In this document: in pieces, positions 22,036 to 36,587 of the stretch
How the letters are laid out: each line of letters begins with the position of its first letter
How positions within the stretch are numbered: the first letter of the stretch is position 1
Assembly: GCA_965203295.1 (NCBI GenBank)
Contig: CBDBCZ010000017.1
Span: 2,208,001-2,272,000 of the forward strand
Reading direction: 5' to 3'
Length of the DNA stretch: 64,000 nt
Source: Nitrospirales bacterium
GTDB taxonomy: Bacteria > Nitrospirota > Nitrospiria > Nitrospirales > UBA8639
Made by a program: the position numbers and the translations under genes
Notes under the pieces: model-generated
Told to the model about the DNA's origin: nothing
The model's input: the letters and a program-made list of their open reading frames with translations, nothing else
Databases searched by the model: none

Positions 22036-24909
22036 TGGTATGGAGATCCTTTATTACAAATTTATGTATCAATGTAAGCGTAGTGTACGTAAGAATTTTT
22101 TGTCACTTCTATATATGCAGTTGGCTAATTGAAGAGGTCATCCATTGTTTAGCTACATGATGGAAGAGTTTATTCACTTTGCCTCTGTTAGAGATATGTC
22201 AATGATTGTGAGAGACTACTGCTAATTGAACATAATTTCCTGCTTGTGGTGAAGCCACACCAGTATTGTGATAGGAACTTTATTGCATTCTTAGTGTTGG
22301 TAGGAGGTTGTGCTGGTAACTGACTTACCTCACATCCTATATTGCAAGATGTATTACCTGGTGCTCCTCTGTATGTGCTGTATTTGGTCATCCTGGTTAA
22401 GTTTCCCTTATTTGGTTGAGTTTTGTACAGGAAGTGTTTATGATTATTTCTTGGGATTGGTACTACCTCACAGTCACACTTACTCACCTAGGGTTTTCTT
22501 TCCCTGTACTATGTTTAATTTCCTTTTGATTTCCTGTACAGGATAGTATTATTGAGGATATTGTTTAATGCTTGTTTTCTGTAGATCATCTTCTTAGAAT
22601 ATTGCAACATATTTTATTACATTCTTATTGGTTTTATATCATCTTTATCCTTTGAGTATTTAAGGAGCACCGGGTGTTGCAGTAGATAGAACATCGATTT
22701 GTCTGTATTAATACTTTGAAGAACCTCGGAGATCTGTTGTCCACACACCGTAACGGTGCGCGCTAAAGTAGTCTGCGAGATTATACTTGTAGTCTATCAC
22801 AATGATTAGCTATTGTTCATGTTGTAGTTGCAACCATGCTCAAAGATGCTTTAGGCCCTTTCCTGTTTTCTTGTACATAGACTTCTGACTCCTCTTTTTC
22901 CCTTGTCCTTGCCACCTGTTCTTGTGCCACCTGTCTATGGAACATTCTAGAACTCTCTTCTCTTCTATATATAGTGTCTCTTTTCGCCACTGTGTAGTAG
23001 TTGTTCAGTTGTTCAGTCTTCACGATTACTATTGGAATGTTACTGAGAAGTTGGTGTACCTATCTACTCTGCGCATCGTTAATCTACTGAAAGCATACGT
23101 CCCTGGCTAGTTCAACTAGTCAGCGTTTGACCCGAGAATAAACTCTACAAAAACAGCCTCAGGTACGTGCTGTCGATACTTAAACCTTGCTCTGCGCTGG
23201 TTTATGCTTGTATATATGTACGTACGTATAGTGACTCATCTTGTGCTTGGATAAAGTGGGTACGTTGAGTCATACTCTATGTCGGGTTATGGCCGTTGCA
23301 TAGTAAAAACATTGCATTTCCAGGTTTTGAAGACAAATTAGATATTTAATAATTGCATACGCATGTGACGTTCCACCTGTTTTTGTACTAATGTTTGCTT
23401 GTTCGAGATGAACTCCTAATTCACAATTATTTAAACCTTACAGTTAAAACCTTATGGTGTACCTCTACTGCAGCAGTGCTGGAAATCGTATCTATTGCAG
23501 CAGTAACTGTGCAGCACTTCTTGTGTTGGTCAAGCCCTCAACTATTAGGTTATTGATATGAAGGGTATACGTGTACCTATATATAGCATGCTGGTCTTTT
23601 ACTCTTTGTTCTTCAGACCTTGCCAAGCTAGACCAACAGTGGCTTCATAATGAGCTACAGTTCCCAGTCTACCTCTCTCACTTTCAATTCTCTTGGGGGA
23701 AGATGGACCAAGATGATGATTGCAGAAAGGTACACCAAAACCCTCTGTGTGTACTACTAAAGTTATAACTAAAGTGTAGTGAGCAGAATCAAGCCATAAT
23801 TAAGATTTTATCTTTAATTGGAATACAAATGGTAAGTCAGCTAATTAGCCACTTGCATGCTAATATGTATAGCTATTCTAATAAATATGCTTTCATTCTA
23901 AGGCTTGGCAAAAGAAGGGTATATTTACCTTGTATCATGCTTTTGTAACGTGCTTCAGTGGGCGGATACTACGTGCATAAACATACCCCTTGCAGAAAGT
24001 TGACCCTGAAGAGGGGATTGTGTGCTAAATACGTGGCGGGCGCTTGATACGTATTCTACGTAACGTGTATAATGTACATGAGCTGACGTGTCGGAGGTGG
24101 TCTTAGAATTGTTCCCCCCTCCACCTTCGCTGTAGGCTGATGAAGAAGCAGGCAGTGTACTATGGCCCTAGACCCACAGTTGTTGGAGGCCCACTCACCT
24201 GAACATGTGACTCTGCTGTTCCTGTCTGTCATGTGAGCCTGTTGTTTCTCAGACCAATGAATCATACGTGCTAGCACTAGTGTTGATTTCTCACTATTTT
24301 GGGAGGTATATAGATTTGTACCAGATCTCCATGCAGACCTTTTTTGCAACCATATGAACAAAACGAACATTATTCTGTCTCATTGATCGCATCACTGCAT
24401 TTGAAATGTGATGTCTCTGAACTTCCGTATATACACCGAAGGTTATACGCGGTGCGTGGTTGCATAGATAGTTGATGCATTTATTGAGCCCCACAAGTAT
24501 GACGCCTGTTCTCTATCACACACGGTCTTTTTATTCACATAGATGTGGCATGCAGTGGCTCGAAAAATTATGCTTATACAAACCTTCCTGTTGTTTTGCG
24601 GGCACGGCAGTGTGTTCCTCTCCCATGTAGAGCTAGGCCGCAAAGTACAATATCATGTGTTGTTTGACAAGGTGTATGTTAGTAAGACAGACAGCACATG
24701 GCACAATCAAGTTGCTCACGAATCACAAGGGATATTGACGTTGCATATATATAGCTGCTGCACTGTATTGTCAGCAGAAGTGTAAGAATATACATGTGCT
24801 ATCGATTATGAGTACACTACGAATAGAAGGGATCTATGGTAGACAGTCATTTATTTCATTCTGGTGTGTTGTGGCTGCCTTACATACATGTCAATTGCTG
24901 ACATTTCAT

Positions 24910-25302
24910 GTCTAAAAAACCAGCCGGGCACCTTTCTCGTACAATACACACAACTCAGCTTAGGCCAAGCTACCTACTGCTATAGAATGCAGTACAGCAA
25001 AAGTGCTGACTCAGCAGTTTCGTTGTGCGCCTCCAGTTAGTAGCTATACGCCATGAAAACGGGATCTTTAAGGCTGCCTACCAAGTTTTCGCCATCTAGG
25101 CAACACACAACTCATTTGCTGTAGCTTAGTCTGCAGTCCTCCAAAAGTTGCTATACACTGCAGTTGCATAGTAACATATGACGTAATATATTGCGCACGT
25201 GATAAGTGTGGACACACAAACAAACAAACACACAGACACGGAAAACGTAAAGCAATCTTAGGACCAGCCGTTCGCGCGCTGCGTGCGCTCCAGCTGGTAT
25301 AA
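24910..25302 (+). mobile_element. Non-autonomous repeat, Helentron/HINE-like (copy 1)
   Basis: Reverse-complement homologue of 31745-32160; accagc subterminal motifs, (caaa)n tract, 3' hairpin ccagc...gctgg. Confidence 0.6.
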
Positions 25303-26189
25303 ATCAGACCACCAAGTAGCCTAAGAATACCTAGTCTCAGGTCAAGCTTTGTGATGTAGTATGACATGAGCAATACATGCACATGTAGATATGGTACTCT
25401 GCACCTGAAGAAACTGATGCATGTTAATGTCATGATGAACCCCTTCAGTCAGCAACTGGGAGTTTCTTGGAAGTCACTGTTGATGCTATTCATCATTAGG
25501 CATAGACGTGCACTCAGAGGATACAGGGATTTGTCCTAGGGGGTCCTCAAAATCGCTCATCAATGGGGGTGATCCTTATTAACTGGAATAGCCCAATCTT
25601 GTAATTCATCTTTTTATTCTAATGTAGGAGATTGTCTGGACGTTTTGTTGATGAGATTTGCCAGGCCCCTCTTCTACCTAGATGTACATCAGCTCTTCCA
25701 TGCATTGAGTTCCTCTATACCATTCAATGGGCTGAAAACCAAAAAGGTAACTATACCTTTGCACTTGCCATGTAGTGTGTACACATTTTACAGCATGTTA
25801 GTGTAAGTCAATTGTCTTGACAGTGTGTGTGTAATTTAAATGGGTTAAGTGTTTATATATGGAACTACATGTAGCACTGCTTTACAATTAACTTAGTGCA
25901 AGTTACAACGTAATTAACACATCGCAGAAAAAAACGGTAACCTATTTGGCAGAGAGTGGCCATGCAATATACATTCATGTTTGTGTTCGCATTTGCGTTC
26001 ATGTGCATGTTCATATTCACAATGCGATTCACGTTCGCCCTTTCCTAATATTTGTATGGTGGCTGAGAGTATGTCCGTTTACTAACTTAATAGTTATGTA
26101 CATGTACTAAGTAAGTAAAGTATGTAGATTGATATAATTTTGGACTAGGTGAACTATCATCCGCATACGTAGCTCATTGTGGTTATGCA

Positions 26190-27050
26190 GCCGTGACGGT
26201 ATGAGCTCATTCAGTGATGATTCTGCACAATCGTAGATGCAGGTTCTTTCGCTGTGTCGTCAGTGCTGAAAGATACTCCCAATTTCTCCAACATGGCATG
26301 TACTTGTCCGGCCTGTAAGCTTACAAATGGCAAGCCTGATGTCACTTCCTGTTCCCCTAGTGCATTTTCTATCACTGGCTCTATAGTGACGTCACCAAGG
26401 TCTTTGCATAAACTCCTGATGTGTATATCATGTGTCATACTAGGCGTCCTTTGAGTTCAGGATATAGTGCACTCAGGAATAGATGACAACATACATGTAT
26501 TTCACTATCTTCAAAAGCCGCAGCTACTACTGTGGTCATTGATTCTGCATTGTAGACTAACATGGACAGGTTGTTCCACTTAACATGTACATGTTATGTA
26601 TTATAATGCAGTAGATTGCACGAGGTGAGAAAATGCCAGCAGAGTGTTTAAGGGTAGCTACTGTAGTACAATCGTACTCTGTACAAGCAGTTGTTCGCAG
26701 ACTGCATTTTTCTTTAGGTTCTGGCCAAATTATTGACTCTGCTGGAGCAGGTACATTAATTTCAGGTGCTGTCAATGCACACACACATCCATACATGGCC
26801 TTAATAGGCGTATTTTACTGCATGCCTCTGTGGTGGATTTGGTTAGGTGGGATCTTGTTAATGTTTGCATTCATTAATATACTTCGGCTGCCAGTTACAT
26901 GTACATGTACTCTGCAGCTGCGTTCGACACATCTATTAATTGTATCACTTGTGCATACATGCATGGTATTCCATGCAAAGGGTCTCGGGAACTGCTGAGT
27001 GGTATACGTATGTATCAAGCACATTGCTAGGCTCTGCCCAGTGCAAGCTG
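26190..27050 (-). mobile_element. Degenerate YqaJ-like exonuclease ORF remnant (ISL2EU/Harbinger-related accessory gene?)
   Basis: IENALGEQEVTSGLPFVSLQAGQV weakly resembles the IE..TR.Q..S..W...R.GR.TAS motif; multiple frame breaks. Confidence 0.3.
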
Positions 27051-29239
27051 CTTAGCAACCATTGTCTTCCTGATCAGCCAGAATGACAGTTGTCACTGGA
27101 CGTCCTGCCGCCCACTGATGCTCAATCCTTTCTTTGCTACCACTATTTTTGTATCATTAAAGAATGAAACTTTTGTTTCAATTTCAGTTAGCCAACTTAA
27201 TTGAAAATAGAACACTGTTAGTATTAGTTTACCATAATAAATGGGTTGATTTTGCTGAAAATAAAACATAAGTTGTAGTTTATTCCCAGTACTTTTGAAT
27301 TCTACATTAGTTTTAGTAATTAACTAAGTCTGTTTTGGTTCAACTAGACGACCTTTGTTTTCAGTTTCAGTTAACTAAATCATCACTACTACTTACCCCT
27401 ATCCATGTGCAGAAGTAATTGCTCCACAAGCTCTTTCTCTTTATATTCAGATTGTATTCCTACAACATCGGTCATCCTAGATCACATACTGTGGCTTATT
27501 GGACTACAGTGGCTGCAGGTCAGTTTCTATTATGTTAAATACAGAATGTCTGCTCAAGAATTAACTCATTGCACGCGACCATGATTTCACACGGAAGATT
27601 AGCCTTTGCGTCATAAATTATTAAAGTGTACTAAGCGTATTAGTGTAGCAATTGATGAACTTTTTCGCTAACTATGTCAAGGAAGTGGCAGATTCTCTGT
27701 TGTTTTTTTTTGCAAAGACTGTTGGCCACAGCTATTCAGCACAAAATGGCTGCTGATTGGACCATAAAAGCCTCTTCAGGATCGATCACAAGGTTCATGG
27801 TAATTTATATTTCCAATACAGCAATATTGAAAACGAAGTCTGTGCACTCTAGCAGCAAAGCAAAACAGTCCAACTGACTCCCTGACTGTCTCCAGAAGCA
27901 AGAATGTCAAAGCTACCACTGGCACTGACTCTAGTGTCCAATTAACTGTGTAATTAATTATGTAGCTTGCCATAGTTGGCGATCATTCATTGCCTGCCAA
28001 TTTTGCCATGTATGAGGGGTTATTTTACGGTTACATCACTGATTAAAGGTGTGGCCAAAAGACACTGTAGCCGTAGGGAGGGGCTTTCCCTTCGCCAAAG
28101 GCCGGCACACACGAGCAAGTCCGCAAAAGCCTATAAATAGGCGTTTCGCATACACTGTAGACTAATTACACTATGTGTGCCTATGTATATATATAATCAC
28201 GCCACATGCAATCTGTTAGGTGTTTTATAACTGCTGCAATAAACATGCATTTCTGTGCTTTTAAGTCCCTCTGCTAGAGGGAGATACAGGTTAGACTCTG
28301 TGTAGTGATCAATCTGCCTTTCTGTAGATTGATGAAAGTACACCTGCAACAGGGGACCTGGTTGCTGGTAGCAGTCTCACTCGGGAACAATGCCAGCTAA
28401 TAAGAGAGACTACCCAACAACACCTCAGCAGAGGTTAGCAACTTCCATTTGTTGTGTACAACATAGCACATGCACACATGTGAAAGTTTGTGGTCATTTG
28501 TAAATGGTCTATGTCATATGGAGGACAGTGTAGGAATTGTTTTACGAATTTGAAGACTCTACAAACACTGAGGCCTCAACAGAGGGCTTTATGGCAGCAG
28601 CTTGCAGCAAGCCTTTGAACACTGTTTAATTCAGTCGTGTGCGTTAAGCTGAATAATGTTCACCTTTCAGCTTCTAGTTATTTGTATACCTCCCCATGAA
28701 TTGCAACCTTGCCAAGGCCCTCTGATGAGTCAATAGAAAAAACTACGTGTTTTGATTGTTTCCCAAATATGCCATTGTTTCTGTAGTTGAACTAATTTTT
28801 GAGCATCACCGGATGGATGTAGATACACTCTCAGTAAACAACTGAGATGTTAAGTAGTAGCTGATGATTGGTCGCCATGTGTGTTTGGGTGTGCTAGTGC
28901 TATACATATTACTGGAAGTGGGTGAGGCCTGCAATCAATACTACAAACCCTTCACACTTTGAGTTGAAAGTTTTCACTAATTTGTGTACATTGTAACAGA
29001 CATGTAGGTATGTATGTACATTTTCCACTTTGGGAATTAAACATTAAACCATGAAGGGTAGAACCATTTACCTCTAATTATTCGGTTTTTCTAATCATCT
29101 GAATGCATTACTGTGTTTGCTCTGATTCACCTATAAATCATTTTTTAACAATTCTATGATTACACAATAGACATTGCTATAACACTTCAACCGAACGCTG
29201 CCTACTTTTGTCGCAGTGTCCACTCATTGTGAACCCATC

Positions 29240-29460
29240 CATTCGCTGATTGAACCAAGTATTCAGTAGAGGCAACGAATGCTCATTGAACCACTGTCTG
29301 AGCACTGCCATTTCCTGACTGAACATAGCTGTTCGCTGACGGAACACTGCTGTTTATCACCCAAATACAGTGTTCATGTACCCAACACAACCGTCACCAA
29401 CTAAACACAGCCTTTCACCAACTGAACACAGCTGTTTGTGAACTAAACACAGCGCTCGCT
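29240..29460. repeat. Degenerate ~22-bp minisatellite
   Basis: Recurrent ctgaacacagctgttc / actaaacacagc units. Confidence 0.6.
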
Positions 29461-30832
29461 TGCTGATTGCTGCTGATCTTTTACGTAGATGTGACACATT
29501 CCATAGCAAACTGCTCTAATTTGCCCAATGCTTAGAAAATTTTATTGTATTCCAATTGACAAAAGTTGTCAAAAGGAATGTTTTTGGCTATATGGAAAAA
29601 CTCCATCAAAATGAGTTGACATGTGCAACTTATTTCATCATAATTATAAATATACCCACTCCACTGTTTGATACTTGTGATACTGTGGTTCTCAAGATTA
29701 TTGGTTGTGTCTTTCAATTTTTTTGTTTTGCTTCAGCCACATACAGCAAGACCTGCAGCTTAAAAGTGCTTGCAGTACTTCCTCAACACGTTGGGAAAAC
29801 TCTTAAGCTCAGAGGGTTTCAGCAAGCATGTGTGAGTGCCCATCACTGATTGCCAAATTGTATATCTGAATAGCGAGAAGATTTTTTATTTTCCCACTAT
29901 TCGATATATAATTATTGAGGTCTTAAGTTCTGTGCAGTAGAATGCTTTCAGTACAAGGGCGTAACTGGAAAATACTCCATGTACTCAATTGTTAACAGCC
30001 AGACTTTGATCTAAACAACCAAATCAAATTTCAATTAACACCGTTTCTGTGATGACATTAATTTACAATCAGTGAAAAGCTGCTAATGGCGCTATCACAA
30101 CCTGGATAGCAAAACAAACTACCACATGGCTTTGTGGGATTAAAAGACTCTTTTCCTGCAATCATTGCTAGATAAGGACAACTAAACATGTCATAAATCC
30201 AAAACAAGAGCATCACTGTATAAGTTCAGAACAAAGGGCACAGTATTGGATGGTACAATCAGGGTAACTACGTGTATGCTTTTCCCAACTACTAACTGCT
30301 CTACAGTTGAGCAAACTACTGAATAGTCATGGATTTTCCCACTAGTATTTTTACCAGCTGGCCAGTTCTTATACATACATCGTGTATATCTGGTTTATAC
30401 AGTATATACGTATATGTATTTATGAGGCATTTTGATTATGCTGTAAGCATAGTTCTTCTCCACTGTCATAGGTTGATGGCTGTGACAATGTACGTGTGGC
30501 ATTAGTGTCCACCATTCCTGCTGTTCTGACATCTGTAGAGAAAGAAATGACATCGACACTGTTTGCATCTGTAATGTAAAGCTGATATGGGAAGCAGATG
30601 AGAGGAAATTCTTGTGTAGTTAGTGACTGCATGCATGGACCCTACTTAGGAGCAAGACACGTCATCAAAATATGAATAATCTCTCAGGAGAATAGTAATT
30701 TGACTCATATGTTTTCAAGTTTATTTTAGGTGGCCCAATTGTACTACGTATGTCTGATACATTCCATTTATGCTCCTTGCTGAGATGGTATGCGTAATAT
30801 ATATTTTTCTTTCTCTCCAGTAATATGAAATA

Positions 30833-33800
30833 GGAAACTAGCGAACTGCAGCTGATTTTAGCCAAGGAGCTACCCAGCATTGTGTCTGCAGTGTCAAGAC
30901 AGGATGTGCCACGGTACTGAGGTGTAGTGCAATGTTTCAGAGCTGTAGTTTTAATTTAGAATTTAGAATGGGTGAGTTTTTAATCTCTCTCTTGCCACTT
31001 TATTGTAGTCATGTTCACTATAGGGTTGTAGGTGAGTGATTGCCTCCATAGAGCCCTAACATTATTCAAGCAGAAACTTTATACACAGTGTAATTTGGCA
31101 AGTTTACGTAGACTCATAGAATATGAGACAGTAACTGTTGATAATTTTAAAATGTGACATAAGTATTGCATAATCCTTACATTTATGTGATGCCCTTGCA
31201 GATGACTCTTCTGTGATTAGTTCCCCTTGCATACCTTTGTTCACCAATGAGTGTCAGCAAGTTCGGAATGCTATCAGGTACTACATGTACATAATCATAG
31301 CTTCACTTGACATACGTAGTATCTTTTGATCTAAGCCTGTGTATGTACATTCTGCAAGGTAGCAGTATAACAAGAAATGGAATATTTTAATGTTAATACA
31401 AATTATATTTGTCAGATTATAAACTATTGTAGGTATGTATCTTTTAAATGTCAAGTGTATTATTTATAGCTATTTTCTTCACAGGTTCACAGAATAGCAA
31501 AAGCTCATACACTAACCCCTGGGAAGATGCTGTCCCTGTTCAAGGACAATGTTTGTCAGGTACATTAACTTGTAGGCCTTGTCTGCTATTGGATATGACC
31601 TTAACTGGGAATCTTGGTACATGTTTTGCAGTTTCTTGTGGAGGTACTACATCAGAAGAAGGGTTTCATTTTGAAGGCAGACAAAAAAGGACCATTCTTT
31701 CAGGTGCGTGTGTAGACTTCCTCATGTTGTGAAATGGCATGATGCACAGCGCGCGAATGGCTGGTACTAAGATTGCTTTACGTTTTCTGTCTGTTTGTTT
31801 GTTTGTTTGTCTGTTTGTGCGTCCGCACTTATCACATGCGCCATATATTGCATCATACGTTACTATGCAACTGCAGTGTATAGCAGCTTTTGGAGGTTTG
31901 CAGGCCAAGCTACAGCAAATGGAGGTAGTTTTGTGTTGCCTATAGATGGCGAAAACGTGGTGGGTATCCGTAAAGATCCTGGTTTCTTGGCACATATCTA
32001 CTAACTGGAGGTGCATGATGAAACTGCTGAGTCAGCACTTTCGCTGTACCACTCTAAGAATAGAGTATCTCCGGCTCTACAGCTGTAGTTAAATAGCTTG
32101 GCCTAAGCTGAGTTGTGTGTATTGTACGGAAAAGGCGTCCAGCTGGTTTTTTTAGACATGAACTATCAGACTTGTTTTTGTTTTTAGAATTGGTTTAGGG
32201 CATTTTTTTTTGTACGTGGGTTGTTATATCTGAAATTTGAATACTACAATAAATTAATTAGCGACAGTAATTGAACAAAACAGTGATACACACACCCCAG
32301 GTAACAAATCAATAACAAGGTTTAGCTGTCTGCAGTATATTCCAAAGCTGCTTTTTCTATGCTATTTGTAGTCTGTTCTATGATAATAGCCATTTTGTAA
32401 ACCTTCGTAACTTCTTGACAGCATACTGAAATAAATCTTCCTCGGTATTAAATCTTGAAAATTTACTGTTAGTGTGCTGCATCAAGTACATTTATTGAAC
32501 TTATATTGACAGTGAATATAATCTCTTATCCAGAGTCCAAGATCACTACTTGTGGAGTGTTTTAAATACATCTTTTTGCATCTCGTTTGTAATGGGCAGC
32601 AAACAGACCTCAACATTGCATCCAGATTTTTGAAGGTTTTGCAGACGTGTGTACATGTATATGTGTATGTGAGTGTACGTATGTGTATAGCCTTTGATTA
32701 TCAGTTATATAAATAAAACCAGAGCATATTAGTAGAGCTCAGGTATTGTAAATGTTTTGAATACAGAAAGGGAAAGTTAATTTGTAACATAGTTTGACAC
32801 CCATCTTCCACTTTCAGTCTGAGGGAGACTTTGAGATGACCACTCTGCTTCGATCAGATGTGAAGAATGTCCTCAATCTCCTACTACTCCACTTGAGCAC
32901 TCACAGGGAGAGAGTACTGGCTGGGATAAAGATGCTTGCAGAGATGAACCAGTTGGCTGGAGAGGAGAAACCACTGCAAATGGACAGTGAGAAGCAGATG
33001 GTGAGTTAGGATAACATTGCATTGTCTTGATTATGCCATCAGTGGAAGTGGTGTAGGAATAGCCTCATTCCCAGGCCTCCGCACAGCTTTTATCGCTTGC
33101 AGTACAAAAAGCGTGGAAGGCCTGGAATATTTTATCATGTGAATGACGTTGAGGGTAGAGAGAGGGTAGCTTAGAGAGACTTTAATTGAATGTGGGCGAA
33201 ACTATAGCAACGTGCCCACGCAGAGCCAATTTATCAAGAAGCGTCACACTTCTGGCAGTGTGACAAACGGGTAAGTATAGAAAAGCGCTTAATAAAAGAG
33301 CCTGGTTGTTACTACATATATGGTACTTTGTGATAAAGTGTGCTCAAATTGCTCATTGAGGCCATCATAACAATAAGTTGTTAGAGTGTTCCAACGGTTG
33401 AAACTGAGTATTCATGATAACATTACAATCTTTTTTCCTAATTCCACGCGCGTGACGTCACATCCGTGACGGACAGGCGAACTACATATATATGTATCTC
33501 ATAACTGTGTTACCACATGCAACTCTGTATGTATTAAACAATTATTTGGGCTGTACTTATTTAATGGCAGCTTAATTGAGCTGATGAAAGTAATGGGACC
33601 ATGCATGGCTGGGATAAAGATGCTTAGTTGCCACTATTTTCCTTTTCCAGCCTTCACCAGCAACTACAACATGTCCTAAAAGGGTCATGCCATGAGCTTT
33701 CTGATGTGAGAATGGATGCATTGAAAGCACTACACAGACTGTTGAGATTCAATCAAGTTAGTGCAGTAATTATTTATTTGTATGTGAACTGTACATACTG

Positions 33801-34414
33801 TTCGTGTTCATGTAAACTTTAAAACAATTCTTGTTCTGTTTATGCAGGCGGAGTTGGAGAAGTGCATGGTAGGAAGTGACACTGTTGATACAATCATTAC
33901 AGAGATTGCAACAACAGTAAGTTGATTTCACTTCATGAAGAAGTGAAATTATGTCTATCTGACGTAGTCCATACTCAACGTTTTGTTCTTAAAATTGCTG
34001 CTTTGTCCTCAGTTTCTAAAGGTCTGCGAGGCACTAGTTTTGAGCTTCGAGAAGAGTTTGGGAGGTGTCTAGGAGAACTTGGAGCTGTTGGTCCCGAAAA
34101 GTATGTGCTTCTATACCACACTTTTGTCATACAATTCTGTATGCTAAGTCAGTGTTGTACTAACTTACAACTGTCCGAGGAGTAGCATTTGTATCCAATA
34201 CTGTCCTATTCTCGGAGACGTAATTTCTCTGACCATATTTAGATTAGTATTATATCACATTTATGTGGGTGGGTATGTTTTCGGATTATGTACTTGCGAG
34301 CATCCTGTTAACTACCTGCCCCTTACTTGCTTTTGCTTGTGTGCTTGCTGTACTTCCCCAGGCTGGATATTCATTCCCATGGTGTCAACTTCGAAGACTG
34401 TGAAGTACTTTGAG
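30833..34414 (+). pseudogene. ATR: ATR kinase partial gene remnant (HEAT region around the UME domain)
   Basis: Exons 32534-32635 (LLVECFKYIFLHLVC...FLK), 32818-33000 (FEMTTLLRSD..LLLHL), 33651-33756 (HELSDVRMDALKAL), 33848-33916, 34013-34100 (GRCLGELGAVGP), 34362-34414 match ATR motifs FKYIFSHLVC, HENVDVRIHAL and CLGELGAIDP. A frameshift at ~34020 and missing UME exons indicate decay. Weaker upstream exon-like pieces lie at 30833-30920 and 31201-31277. Confidence 0.85.
31745..32162 (-). mobile_element. Non-autonomous repeat, Helentron/HINE-like (copy 2)
   Basis: Inverted relative to copy 1; ORF-track peptides are near-identical (KIALRF..CLFV..HLS.A.YI.SYVTMQLQCIA). Confidence 0.6.
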
Positions 34415-34569
34415 GTATACATCTTGCTTACTAGTGATTTCTATTAGCCTCGTACTCAGCTATTAAATTTAGGCAGAAGGGCTTGATGTGAGGTTTAGCC
34501 GAGTACAGTGGTGCTGTGGAGGTCTGGGTTAGTTTGTAGTGTGGGGTGTTGTGTTTTGTGAAGTATGTA

Positions 34570-35065
34570 CCGTAAACTACGTATTATCCGCCCATGATGT
34601 ATTATCCGCCCATCCCCCTTTTTGAGTCAAAGTTACGTCGGAGGGTATTTATGTACTTAGTATCCGCCCACCCTTAAATACCATCCATGCGAGCTAAACC
34701 TGCAACTAACAACTGAAAATTCCAAAACAACGAGCAGAATCAAACGACAAAACTCGATCTTCAGTGCGCTTTAATTGGAATACCGACGGTAAGTCCGTCA
34801 GCCACTTCGCTTTTTAGCGGATAATAGTAGTCTGCATGCTTCTATAATAGGTAGTTCAATACAATTTGCATTCACTGTGGGGCGGTACTTGTCTAGAAAA
34901 GCTATACTTACCTTGTATGCTCGCTTTGCATACCGCGCATTTGGAATGCGTTCGAGTGGGCATATACTACATCGTATTTATAAAACTATGTATTATTCGC
35001 CCACCCCCCTCTTTCAGCTTGCACTTAAGTGGCCCGCCCATGGGCGGATAATACGTACTTTACGG
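34570..35065. mobile_element. pogo/Tc1-like MITE, TA TSD
   Basis: TA|ccgtaaactacgtattatccgcccatg ... catgggcggataatacgtactttacgg|TA. Confidence 0.9.
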
Positions 35066-36587
35066 TAATCGTTATGGATGAGGATGTGAGGGTGGTTGTG
35101 GGATGGTGAGTGGTGGTGATGATTGTGGATGGTGGTGTGTGTTGAAGGGTGTTGTGTAAGGGGGTGTGGTACGGTTTGTGGTGGGTGTGGTTGGAAAGAT
35201 GTAGGGATGGTAGGTACGCGGTAAATGCATCGCACTGTGATATGTGCGTAGTCTGTGCATGCCTTCTGGTGCTTGTTTTGTTGTTTTTTGGGGAAGTGTA
35301 AAGGTATGTCACGTGTACTCACATTGATGAGTGAACTAATGTCCTTGCAGTTACTGTGATCTGAGGACTGTTCAACAGCATGTGTACACTGTGCTATAAA
35401 TATATGTACCAAGCAAGTCAACGTCGAAGCTTTGGAGTTATTTGTTCATGTATTGATTATTATCACGTGCATATCAGTCTATTGGTATCACTGCACATCT
35501 ATGATTATACCAGGCTGAGATCGTTTCTTTAATGTGGGATCCAGATGCAATGATGCTACTGCAACAATTATACTGTAACGGTCATTGTAGCTACTTGTCA
35601 CTCAGACTCCCCCTACATTGCCCTGCATTTGCTAGCACTTTGCCAAAAAGTGCAAAAACTAGTCATGTAGGGCACCAAAAAACGCTTCCCCAAAAACCAA
35701 TGAAACAAGCAGCAATGCACACCACAACACATGCACATACGCCCGCACATCACAGCGCAATGCGTAGCTACCATCCCTACCTGCTTTTTCTGTAACTTGT
35801 TTTGGGGCATTTTTTGGGAGGTGGCAACAAATGTGTGTGACCAGCAAGTGCTCTGGAAAGTCACATTTGAGATTCCCACTCGGTACTCTGAGAGGACAAT
35901 GCTGGCACTAAAGGAGAAACAGCTGAACAGCTTGACCCGGAATGAGATTGTACAGGGAATATCTGCGAAGATTTTCAATCACTGCAAATACCCAATAAGT
36001 TCACAGGTAACCCCATTTGTCACTAAGTTTTTCTGTTTCTCTCCCCCCCATGCTGTGTGACCATTCTAAATAGTACCTACGGGATTTCTGTGAACAAACT
36101 AGCTCTATAAAGATAGTATTTCTCCAAACAAGCTAGCAGTCTGTCGTAGCTGGCCATGCTGAAATAACGTGAATGCAGCAGAACTTGCTCCTGCAACTAC
36201 AATTTTTATTGACACAACCTGAACCCCCCCCCCCCCCCCCCAAAAAAAAAAAAAAACAGAACAAAAATTAAACTATGATAGGGAGTGTACGGTTATCATT
36301 TCGAGATGCCCCAGGCCTACACCCTGGCTATGGTCGTGTGCTATGTGAGAATAAGTTATTTAGTTGAGCCTGGGAACAAGGCTATACCCTTAGCATTGAT
36401 GCCTCATACCGTAGACTCGGGAGCATAACGACCGGTCGTTCTATTTAGAATTAGTAGCGGCGGTGGGTCACTATATTCATGGGGTTTATGTATTCATGAG
36501 GTAATATAACTCGGGTATTATTTAGCGTATACATGTACACGTACGTATAAACTAGTAAACACTAAAACAGCAAACATTCACACAGGT

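Noticed and set aside
30191..30632. Two short minus-strand ORFs
   Set aside because: No recognisable domain or consistent splice chain.
35014..35421. His/Thr/Pro-rich ORFs
   Set aside because: Derived from GT-rich low-complexity sequence and a repeat fragment.
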